Part shown: positions 1 to 7,789 of the stretch, piece after piece
Layout: each line of letters begins with the position of its first letter
Position numbering within the stretch: the stretch's first letter is position 1
Source of the DNA: Bacteroidales bacterium
GTDB taxonomy: Bacteria; Bacteroidota; Bacteroidia; Bacteroidales; UBA1402
NCBI GenBank assembly: GCA_035719105.1
Contig: DASTGN010000009.1
Span: 72,708 to 136,707 of the forward strand
DNA length: 64,000 nt
Reading direction: 5' to 3'
Position numbers and translations under genes: made by a program
Notes under the pieces: model-generated
What the model was told of the DNA's origin: nothing
Databases searched by the model: none
The model's input: only the letters and a program-made list of their open reading frames with translations

Positions 1-83
1 TTTCGTTCAACGAGGCGTTTAGAAGGCATGTTCCTGTTGTTGACCTGGAAACTGATGAATAATCCATATGTTATAATTTAGTA

Positions 84-110
84 AAACCGTTCTGAAAGGA
101 CGGTTTTTTT
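84..110 (+). terminator. Rho-independent terminator-like hairpin with T-run, downstream of a gene that lies mostly off the left edge
   Basis: The stem AAACCGTTC / GGACGGTTT encloses a 5-nt loop and is followed by a run of about 7 T. Confidence 0.55.
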
Positions 111-247
111 GTTAAATTTCCAAGGGTTTCCTTGCTTTATTGATGCTGTTTTTGTACTCTTACACAAATAATTGAAAAGTGCGCAAAAAAGTAACTTAGA
201 ACACTAAAAAAAAAGTCCTTTTGCTATCTGGGCTTATCAAAAAGAAC

Positions 248-255
248 TATATTTG
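248..255 (+). promoter_or_regulatory. Bacteroidota-type -7 promoter box candidate (TAnnTTTG) upstream of the hdr/flx cluster
   Basis: TATATTTG lies about 45 bp upstream of the ATG at 301. This is a motif match only. Confidence 0.25.
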
Positions 256-300
256 GGCCGAAATTAGTAAGTCGAAATACGGCATAAAAACACTTTGTGG

Positions 301-861
301 ATGGATAACACAGCAACACTTTCGGAGAACGCATCTCTGAAGCAACTGGTGGAACAAACAGTAGGCGTTGAGATTCAAACCTGCTATCAATGCGGTAAAT
401 GTACCGCCGGTTGCCCTTTAAATGAAGAAATGGATTTGATGCCCAATCAAGTACTTCGAATGTTGCAATCCGAATATCCCGGTTACGAAAAAGAACTGCT
501 CTCGTCCATAAGCATTTGGCTTTGTTTGGCTTGCGACACTTGCTATTCGCGATGCCCTCAGGAAGTGAAACTGCCACTCATCATGGACTTCCTCCGGCAA
601 GAATCGATTCGTCGGAATTTGGTGAACCCAAAAGCCAGGAACATACTGAAGTTTCACCGTGCCTTTCTGGCTGAAGTGGAACGAAATGGCAAATTGAACG
701 AATTCGGTTTGACCATTGATTACAAACTGCACTCCATGAACCTTTTTCAAGACTTGCAGAATGCTCCTTCCATGCTGCTGAAGGGTAAACTCGGCTTTTT
801 TCCGCACAAAGTGCAGAATCCTGCTGAAATTAAAAAACTATTCAAAAAAATTATCGGATGA
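301..861 (+). CDS. hdrC: Heterodisulfide reductase subunit C-like 2x[4Fe-4S] protein
   Basis: It has two ferredoxin motifs, CYQCGKCTAGCP and CLACDTCYSRCP. It overlaps the next gene by 4 bp. I prefer the ATG at 301 over the TTG at 295. Confidence 0.8.
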   Translation: MDNTATLSENASLKQLVEQTVGVEIQTCYQCGKCTAGCPLNEEMDLMPNQVLRMLQSEYPGYEKELLSSISIWLCLACDTCYSRCPQEVKLPLIMDFLRQESIRRNLVNPKARNILKFHRAFLAEVERNGKLNEFGLTIDYKLHSMNLFQDLQNAPSMLLKGKLGFFPHKVQNPAEIKKLFKKIIG

Positions 862-1730
862 GAATAGGTTACTATCCTGGTTGTTCCCTTCAGGGATCGG
901 GAAAAGAATACAGCGAATCCTTGTTTGCCGTGGCCGAGAAGTGCGGTATCGAGTTGGAAGAAATCAACGACTGGAACTGTTGCGGGGCTTCGGCTGCACA
1001 CTCCCTGAACCACGATTTATCGGTGGCATTGCCTGCTCGAACGCTTGCCTTGGCCGAAAAGCAAGGTTTGGAGCAAATTCTGGTGCCTTGCGCTGCTTGT
1101 TTCGGAAGATTAGCTACGGCACAACAAGAATTGGTTTCAAGCGAAGCAATGAAAACGAAGATTTCGGACTATATTGAAATGCCTGTTCAAGGTAGTGCCC
1201 GCATACTGACCGTCTTCGAATTTTTGCAAGAACATATCTTTCCGGTAGCTGATCAATTCGTAGTCAACAAGTTGAACCATAAGACAGCCTGTTATTACGG
1301 TTGCCTGCTGTCCAGACCCAAAGAACTCACCCGCTTGGAACGTCCGGAAGACCCCATGGAAATGGAAAAGGTGATGGAAAAAGCTGGTGCAACGCCTATT
1401 GATTGGGCTTTCAAGACCGAATGCTGTGGTGCCGGACTTTCGGTTTCACGCACCGACATTGTAGCCAAGCTTTCAGCCAAAATAGTAGAAGATGCCGTGT
1501 CCCGCGGTGCCGAATCCATTGTGGTGGCTTGCCCCATGTGCCAGATGAACCTGGACCTTCGCCGCCCTGAAATAAACAAAAACATGGAGCAGCGTTCGGA
1601 TATACCGGTGATGTTCGTTACGCAGGCTTTGGGCCTGAGCATGGGCATCTCTGCCGACCAATTGGGATTGAACAGACATTTCGTATCCACCGACAAGGTT
1701 GTATCCTGTGTCGGCCGCAAAGAGCTTTAA
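858..1730 (+). CDS. hdrB: Heterodisulfide reductase subunit B-like protein with two CCG domains
   Basis: The duplicated CCG signature is present: WNCCGAS followed by PCAAC, and TECCGAG followed by ACPMC. Confidence 0.85.
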   Translation: MRIGYYPGCSLQGSGKEYSESLFAVAEKCGIELEEINDWNCCGASAAHSLNHDLSVALPARTLALAEKQGLEQILVPCAACFGRLATAQQELVSSEAMKTKISDYIEMPVQGSARILTVFEFLQEHIFPVADQFVVNKLNHKTACYYGCLLSRPKELTRLERPEDPMEMEKVMEKAGATPIDWAFKTECCGAGLSVSRTDIVAKLSAKIVEDAVSRGAESIVVACPMCQMNLDLRRPEINKNMEQRSDIPVMFVTQALGLSMGISADQLGLNRHFVSTDKVVSCVGRKEL

Positions 1731-1732
1731 TT

Positions 1733-3745
1733 ATGGCAAGAATAGGCGTTTTTATTTGTCACTGTGGCGAAAACATTTCTGCTACGGTTGATGTGGAAAA
1801 AGTGGCAAGGTTGGCCGGCAAGCTTTCGGGCGTGGCGTACAGCGTGGATTATAAATACATGTGTTCGGATCCAGGACAAACCCTGATCGTGGATGCCATA
1901 AAAGAACACAAACTTACTGGAATAGTTGTTGGAGCCTGTTCGCCGCGAATGCACGAGGGCACTTTTCGCAAAGCTGCCGAAAAAGCGGGCATCAATCCCT
2001 ATTTCTGCGAAATGGCCAACATCCGCGAACACTGCTCCTGGGTACACCCCAAATCGGACGAAACGACACAAAAAGCATTGGACATTGTTCGAACCATGAT
2101 TGAAAAGGTGAAAACCAATTCAGCTTTATTCCCCATCAAAGTGCCCATCACCAAAACAGCTTTGGTCATCGGTGGTGGCATTGCAGGGATTCAAGCAGCA
2201 TTGGATATTGCTAATGCAGGCCATCAGGTCATTATGGTGGAAAAAACACCATCCATCGGCGGGCACATGTCCCAGCTTTCGGAAACCTTCCCCACCCTCG
2301 ACTGCTCGCAGTGTATTTTAACACCGCGTATGGTGGAAGTCGCTCAACATCCAAACATTAAGCTGCACACTTTTGCCACGGTCGAAAACGTTTCCGGCTT
2401 TATCGGCAACTTTGATGTGAACATTCGATTAAAGGCCAAAAGCGTAGACTTTGAAAAATGCACGGGTTGCGGTTCCTGTTGGCAGAAATGTCCCACTAAA
2501 AAAATACCCGACGAATTCAATGCCGGCATGAGTTTCCGCACGGCCATCTATACGCCGTTCCCGCAAGCGGTACCCAACAAGCCGGTCATCGACCGTGCCA
2601 ACTGCAGTTGGTTCACCAAAGGCGGCAAATGCGGCGTGTGTGCTAAGATATGCCCCGTAGGTGCCATCGATTATACCAAGGAGGACGAAATCATTAGCGT
2701 TAAAGTGGGTTCCATCGTGACAGCAACGGGTTTCGACATCAAACACAGCGACTTCTTTCCTGAATACGGATATGGAAAACATCCGGACATCATCGATGGT
2801 TTGCAGTTTGAACGTTTGGCTTCTGCTTCTGGTCCGACTGGTGGTGAAATTCGTCGTCCATCTGACGGCAAAGAACCTGAAACCGTAGTATTTTTAGCTT
2901 GCGCGGGTTCTAGGGACAAGGCTAAGGGCATTGAATATTGCTCCAAAATCTGTTGCATGTACACGGCTAAGCACGCCATGCTGTACAAGCACAAAAACCA
3001 TCACGGAAAGGCACATGTGTTCTACATGGACATTCGTTCAGCCGGCAAGAGCTACGACGAGTTTGTGCGAAGAGCCATAGAAGAAGACGACGTGAACTAT
3101 ATTCGCGGACGGGTTTCCAAAATCTATGAGAAGAACGGCAAGCTGATGGTGGTTGGTGTGGATACGTTGCTGAACGCTAAACCTGTTGTCATCGAGGCTG
3201 ATTTGGTAGTGCTTGCCACAGCAGTGGTGGCCAACCAAGATGCCGAATCCATGGCACAGAAACTACACATCAGCTACGACAAACATCATTTCTTTGCCGA
3301 AGCCCATCCTAAACTCAAACCGGTGGAAACCAACACGGCAGGCATCACGCTGGCCGGTGCTTGCCAATCTGCCAAGGATATACCCGAAACAGTGGCGCAG
3401 GCCTCTGCTGCTGCTGCCAAGACCATCATTCTGTTCTCTGGCAATGAATTGACTCGTGAACCGGTTGTCGCGACGGTAAATCGCTCTGCCCCTCCTGTTT
3501 ACACGACTTGTACCGGCTGCTTCCTCTGCCAGGAAGTTTGCCCCTATCAAGCCATCGAGCGCGAAGAAATTCGTGACCGCGCCGGCAATCTGCTCATGAA
3601 CGCTGCAAAAGTCAATGCCGGACTCTGTCAAGGCTGTGGCACCTGCGTGGCGATGTGCCGCAACAAATCCATCGACCTTCAAGGCTTCTCCAACCAACAG
3701 ATGTTGTCTGAAGTCATGGGCCTGTTAAACGTACCTTTTGAATAA
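1733..3745 (+). CDS. hdrA: Heterodisulfide reductase subunit A-like FAD/FeS flavoprotein
   Basis: It carries the N-terminal VFICHCGENI Cys cluster, the GGGIAGIQAALD dinucleotide fold, and four CxxCxxCxxxC(P) motifs (CTGCGSCWQKCP, CGVCAKICP, CTGCFLCQEVCP, CQGCGTCVAMC). Length is 670 aa. Confidence 0.88.
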   Translation: MARIGVFICHCGENISATVDVEKVARLAGKLSGVAYSVDYKYMCSDPGQTLIVDAIKEHKLTGIVVGACSPRMHEGTFRKAAEKAGINPYFCEMANIREHCSWVHPKSDETTQKALDIVRTMIEKVKTNSALFPIKVPITKTALVIGGGIAGIQAALDIANAGHQVIMVEKTPSIGGHMSQLSETFPTLDCSQCILTPRMVEVAQHPNIKLHTFATVENVSGFIGNFDVNIRLKAKSVDFEKCTGCGSCWQKCPTKKIPDEFNAGMSFRTAIYTPFPQAVPNKPVIDRANCSWFTKGGKCGVCAKICPVGAIDYTKEDEIISVKVGSIVTATGFDIKHSDFFPEYGYGKHPDIIDGLQFERLASASGPTGGEIRRPSDGKEPETVVFLACAGSRDKAKGIEYCSKICCMYTAKHAMLYKHKNHHGKAHVFYMDIRSAGKSYDEFVRRAIEEDDVNYIRGRVSKIYEKNGKLMVVGVDTLLNAKPVVIEADLVVLATAVVANQDAESMAQKLHISYDKHHFFAEAHPKLKPVETNTAGITLAGACQSAKDIPETVAQASAAAAKTIILFSGNELTREPVVATVNRSAPPVYTTCTGCFLCQEVCPYQAIEREEIRDRAGNLLMNAAKVNAGLCQGCGTCVAMCRNKSIDLQGFSNQQMLSEVMGLLNVPFE

Positions 3746-4214
3746 TTCCATGGCTGAATCTTTTGAACCCAAAATTGTCGCATTCGTCTGCAACTGGTGT
3801 ACTTACGCCGGTGCTGACTTGGCTGGGACTTCCCGGACCAAATACGAGACCAACGTCCGAATCATTCGCTTCCCCTGTACGGGCCGCATTGACTTCATGT
3901 TGCTGATCAAGGCTTTTCAGAACGGTGCGGACGGCATCATCGTTTCGGGTTGTCATCCGAACGACTGTCACTACACTTCTGGAAATTTCCACGCTCGTCG
4001 TCGCTGGATGGTCTTCAAGTCGATGCTCGAGTTCATGGGCTTCCCGACCGAGCGCATCACTTTTTCATGGGTTTCGGCCGCTGAAGGGAAAAAATGGGCT
4101 GACTTGGTGAACGAAACGACGGACAGCATTCGTTCATTAGGACCCTTTACGGAATATAAGAATCTTGATTTTTCACAATTCAATCAGTTGGATCATGACG
4201 CCATTGCAAAATAA
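3738..4214 (+). CDS. MvhD/FlxD-like hydrogenase iron-sulfur subunit D family protein
   Basis: FVCNWCTYAGADLAG, RFPCTGR and SGCHPNDCHY are typical of MvhD-type proteins. It overlaps hdrA by 8 bp. Confidence 0.85.
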   Translation: MNNSMAESFEPKIVAFVCNWCTYAGADLAGTSRTKYETNVRIIRFPCTGRIDFMLLIKAFQNGADGIIVSGCHPNDCHYTSGNFHARRRWMVFKSMLEFMGFPTERITFSWVSAAEGKKWADLVNETTDSIRSLGPFTEYKNLDFSQFNQLDHDAIAK

Positions 4215-4998
4215 GGCCGCCGAGCTGCTGGAAAACGGAACCGTGAACTTGTTGATCGGTTTCAGCGAGGATTTGGGCAAACGTCCTGTCCCCTGCTTCA
4301 TCGAGACTGCCGCTGAAGCCAACACACTGATATTCAATCAGGATTGTAAAAACAACCTATCGGTTTACCTGCATAAGAAAGAAGTGAAGGAAGCGGTTAA
4401 AATCGGCTTGGTCGCCAATATAGCTACTTTGCGTTCCGTCATGCAGCTGCTCTCTGAAAATCAACTTTGGTCGCTGACCTTGACGTATCTGACCGTGAAT
4501 ACTGCCGGAGAGCTGGTTGTATTGAGTTCAGCCGAGGAGCTTGAAGCGTACGTACAGGCGAATTTTCCGACTTGCAGGCCAGAAGACCAGGAAATGTTGG
4601 ACAAACTCAACGCCATGAGCCGCGAAGAGCGTTGGGCTTTTTGGAAGGATCAGCTCTCCGAATGCGTGAAATGCTATGCTTGCCGTGCAGTTTGCCCGAT
4701 GTGCTATTGCACGGTCTGTACGACGGAATGCAACCAACCGCAATGGATTAAGACCTCAGCCGAAACATCCGGCAATTTTGAATACCACACCATGCGTGCC
4801 ATGCACCTGGGCGGACGTTGCATCAACTGCGGCGAATGCGGACGAATCTGTCCTGCAGGCATTCCGGTGCACTTGTTGACAGCACAAATGAACCAAGAAA
4901 TCGAGCAGGAATTCGGAGGAAAGACTGGTTGGTCGCTCAAAGGCGGATACGCCTTGAATTCGTTCAAGCCGGGCGACAAAGAAAACTTCATCAAATAA
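4195..4998 (+). CDS. FlxC-like 4Fe-4S dicluster protein
   Basis: It has the motifs CVKCYACRAVCPMCYC and CINCGECGRICPAG. The start is ambiguous between ATG 4165 and ATG 4195. Confidence 0.65.
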   Translation: MTPLQNKAAELLENGTVNLLIGFSEDLGKRPVPCFIETAAEANTLIFNQDCKNNLSVYLHKKEVKEAVKIGLVANIATLRSVMQLLSENQLWSLTLTYLTVNTAGELVVLSSAEELEAYVQANFPTCRPEDQEMLDKLNAMSREERWAFWKDQLSECVKCYACRAVCPMCYCTVCTTECNQPQWIKTSAETSGNFEYHTMRAMHLGGRCINCGECGRICPAGIPVHLLTAQMNQEIEQEFGGKTGWSLKGGYALNSFKPGDKENFIK

Positions 4999-5003
4999 GT
5001 GAT

Positions 5004-6011
5004 ATGGAACTGAAACTCATTTCAAACTCCGACATAGCCGTTTTCTTTGACGGTCTCCTTAAAGCTGGAAAAGTCGTGGTCGCTCCGGTGCTGAAGCAAA
5101 GCGGCAAAGTCTTTTTCAAACCCGTCCAGTCCTTCTCGGAAGTGGCGACAGATTACATTCAAACCGCCTTTTCGGCTAAGGAAGTGGTTTTTCCCAAAGT
5201 GGAAGAACTGTTTACTTTTCAGCACAACGAGGAGGGTGGCTTGGATATCAACGATCACCTGGATCGTATTCCCGAAACGGTGGTTTGGGGATTGCGCCCC
5301 TGCGATGCGGCGGCTTTTGATTACTTAAACCAATTCTTTCTGAAAGAGAACCCAGATGCCTATTTCAAAGCACGTTACGACAAGATGACGTTAGTCACCA
5401 TAAGTTGTCACTCCTGCGATGAAAGTTGTTTTTGCACCTCGGTGGGCTCCCATCCTGGCGATACGAAAGGTAGTGACTTGTTGCTCACGGCTATGAATGG
5501 TTCCTTTTATGTGGAAGTCATGACCGATAAAGGTAACAATCTAATTAATAGTAATTCAACCCTATTTGCTTCAACTGAAACTTTAAGCAAGGATGCCTTC
5601 TTGGCCAAACCGGTCACGCAGTTTTCGATGGACGAAATCAAGGATAAAATTCAGAACGCCTACGCTAGTGCGGAGTGGAAACACGCCTCGATGGGTTGCT
5701 ACAGTTGCGGTGCCTGTGCCTTTGCTTGCCCTACCTGCACCTGTTTCGACATCCAGGACGAAGGGACTCAAGATCATGGCAGACGGGTGCGCTGCTGGGA
5801 CGCCTGCGGGTTGAGCCAGTTCACCAAACACGCTTCCGGTCACAATCCCAGAAATACCCAAACCGAACGTCGCCGCCAGCGCCTGATGCACAAATTCAAG
5901 TATTCGGTCGAAAACTTGGGCGTTGTGAGTTGCGTCGGTTGCGGTCGTTGCATCCGCGTTTGCCCTTCCCATTTGAACATTTTTGAAAACATTCTGAGCG
6001 TTACGAAATAA
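5004..6011 (+). CDS. FlxB / AsrA / sulfhydrogenase-beta-like 4Fe-4S protein
   Basis: It has the motifs CYSCGACAFACPTCTCFD and CVGCGRCIRVCP. The ATG at 5004 sits just after the upstream stop. The longer ORF from 4818 overlaps the previous gene and was not used. Confidence 0.7.
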   Translation: MELKLISNSDIAVFFDGLLKAGKVVVAPVLKQSGKVFFKPVQSFSEVATDYIQTAFSAKEVVFPKVEELFTFQHNEEGGLDINDHLDRIPETVVWGLRPCDAAAFDYLNQFFLKENPDAYFKARYDKMTLVTISCHSCDESCFCTSVGSHPGDTKGSDLLLTAMNGSFYVEVMTDKGNNLINSNSTLFASTETLSKDAFLAKPVTQFSMDEIKDKIQNAYASAEWKHASMGCYSCGACAFACPTCTCFDIQDEGTQDHGRRVRCWDACGLSQFTKHASGHNPRNTQTERRRQRLMHKFKYSVENLGVVSCVGCGRCIRVCPSHLNIFENILSVTK

Positions 6012-6841
6012 TGGATACCAACCAATACATTCCTTATCAGGTCCGCATTGCCGACATCATCGAAGAAGCACCGCTGGTGCGAACATACAGGCTGGAATTT
6101 ACAGACCCGTCAGCTTCCTTCACCTTTAAAGCCGGGCAATTTGCCGAATACGGCGTGTTCGGCGAGGGAGAAAGCACGTTTTGCATTGCCTCCTCTCCCA
6201 CCCGCGAAGGGTACATTGAATGTACTTTTCGCAGCACAGGTCGGGTGACCAAAGCCTTGGCCAATTGCGAAATCAACGACATCATTGGTTTGCGAGGACC
6301 GTTTGGCAAAGCTTTCCCCATCGAAGAATGGTATGGCAAAGACATCGTATTTATCACGGGCGGTATTGGCTTGCCTCCCTTGCGTTGCGTGATTTGGAAT
6401 GTGCTCGATCAACGGGAAAAGTTCGGCAAGGTTTCCATTTATTACGGAGCAAGAACGGTTGCTGACTTGGTTTACAAGGAGGAATTGGAAAATTGGAAAA
6501 ACAGAGACGACGTGGATTTGTTCCTGACGGTCGATCCAGGTGGTGAAACCAAGGATTGGAAGGACAACGTGGGTTTCGTGCCGACCATCATTGAACAGAA
6601 CCTACCTTCCAGCGATAATGCCATAGCCATTGTGGCTGGACCTCCCATCCTCATTAAGATGTCCATGCCGATTTTGGCCAAGTGCGGATTCGCCAACGAT
6701 AAGATTTTCACTACGTTGGAGAACCGAATGAAATGTGGTGTCGGAAAATGCGGTCACTGCACGGTTGGTAAAACCTATGTTTGCAAGGACGGCCCTGTGT
6801 TCACGTACGAGGAAGTCTTGCAAATGCCGCAAGAATATTAG
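6011..6841 (+). CDS. FlxA / AsrB / PyrK-like FAD- and NAD(P)-binding oxidoreductase with C-terminal 2Fe-2S site
   Basis: FKAGQFAEY and FCIASSP mark the FAD-binding part, ITGGIGLPPL marks the NAD(P) fold, and the C-terminal Cys cluster is CGVGKCGHCTVG followed by VCKDGPVF. Confidence 0.8.
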   Translation: MDTNQYIPYQVRIADIIEEAPLVRTYRLEFTDPSASFTFKAGQFAEYGVFGEGESTFCIASSPTREGYIECTFRSTGRVTKALANCEINDIIGLRGPFGKAFPIEEWYGKDIVFITGGIGLPPLRCVIWNVLDQREKFGKVSIYYGARTVADLVYKEELENWKNRDDVDLFLTVDPGGETKDWKDNVGFVPTIIEQNLPSSDNAIAIVAGPPILIKMSMPILAKCGFANDKIFTTLENRMKCGVGKCGHCTVGKTYVCKDGPVFTYEEVLQMPQEY

Positions 6842-6906
6842 CCTCCTTGCGCCCAGTGCTTTTTGTATTTGATTGTATTTGGGGTGTAGTTATGTCAAAA
6901 CACGGT

Positions 6907-7052
6907 TTTTTATTATCGCTATAATAGGAGCGAAATTGCACCTAAAATAGACATTATGGTAGCTATAATTTGCAGCTTGGGGTTTGCATATTATAGATAC
7001 TCTGGTAGCTAATTTTGCCACTTTTTTGATAGCTCGATAGCGATAATAAAAA
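6907..7052. repeat. Perfect 16-bp inverted repeat flanking a 114-bp spacer that contains short direct repeats
   Basis: TTTTTATTATCGCTAT at 6907-6922 is the exact reverse complement of ATAGCGATAATAAAAA at 7037-7052. Inside the spacer, TGGTAGCTATAATTTGC (6957-6973) resembles TGGTAGCTAATTTTGC (7003-7018). TATAATAGG occurs at 6920-6928 and again at 7063-7071. Confidence 0.7.
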
Positions 7053-7082
7053 TGTGCGTTTTATAATAGGTAGAAACAAAAC

Positions 7083-7784
7083 TTATTGATCAATTCTATA
7101 AATCAATAAAACGCCTTGATCGATGGAAAGGGAGAATTGATCTCCGGCAGATTCGTTGAGGGTTCCCTGCCACCAAGAAGTAAGGCTTCTGTTTTCCAAT
7201 GCATAACGCAGACCGAGGGAGGAAATGCGGGTGTCGGGCGTCAAAGAAAAGATGGAAACTTGCTGTCCTTTAAAGCTTTGAAATCGAGCAACAGTAAATG
7301 CTCCATCCCGGGTGGTGCAAACTTCGGGAGCTTTGGTATCCAAACCCGGTTCTAAATAATCATCGACATTCATACCAGATCGGAAGGCATCGATGCGTCC
7401 ATAATCCGTGAGCAAACAGACTGATTTCAGACGGGTTGCATAATCGGCCAGTAAGGAAATGTTTCCAAGCGTGTGGTCTTCACGCAGGCCAGTGGCTCCA
7501 AGTATGGCTATTTCGTCAAATCCCTGAGTGATGCAATATTCCACCGCTTTGGTGAGATCGTTCGTTTCCTGCTCGGCCACAAGGTGAATCTTTGCGGTGA
7601 ACTGGGCTTTGAGTTCTGACGATAGACTGTCCATATCGCCGACAATGGCAAGGGGTTCACGGCCGAAATCGAGCAATTTTGCTGTTGCACCATCGCAGCA
7701 AACAATATTTTCGGCATTCCGAAGGAGTTCTTGACGTTTACGGGTGGTTGGAAAGGATCCATCTGCCAGAATGAGTGCTTGCAT
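7083..7784 (-). CDS. Thiamine pyrophosphokinase
   Basis: It has LILADG, VCCDGA and IVGDMDS motifs. At 233 aa it sits directly downstream of a riboswitch-controlled receptor. Confidence 0.8.
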   Translation of the reverse strand: MQALILADGSFPTTRKRQELLRNAENIVCCDGATAKLLDFGREPLAIVGDMDSLSSELKAQFTAKIHLVAEQETNDLTKAVEYCITQGFDEIAILGATGLREDHTLGNISLLADYATRLKSVCLLTDYGRIDAFRSGMNVDDYLEPGLDTKAPEVCTTRDGAFTVARFQSFKGQQVSIFSLTPDTRISSLGLRYALENRSLTSWWQGTLNESAGDQFSLSIDQGVLLIYRIDQ

Positions 7785-7789
7785 ACATT

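Noticed and set aside
4818-5003. The FlxB-like ORF has a 62-codon 5' extension.
   Set aside because: The extension overlaps the end of the preceding FeS gene in another frame and is rich in Arg, typical of an off-frame translation. The ATG at 5004 follows the upstream stop directly.
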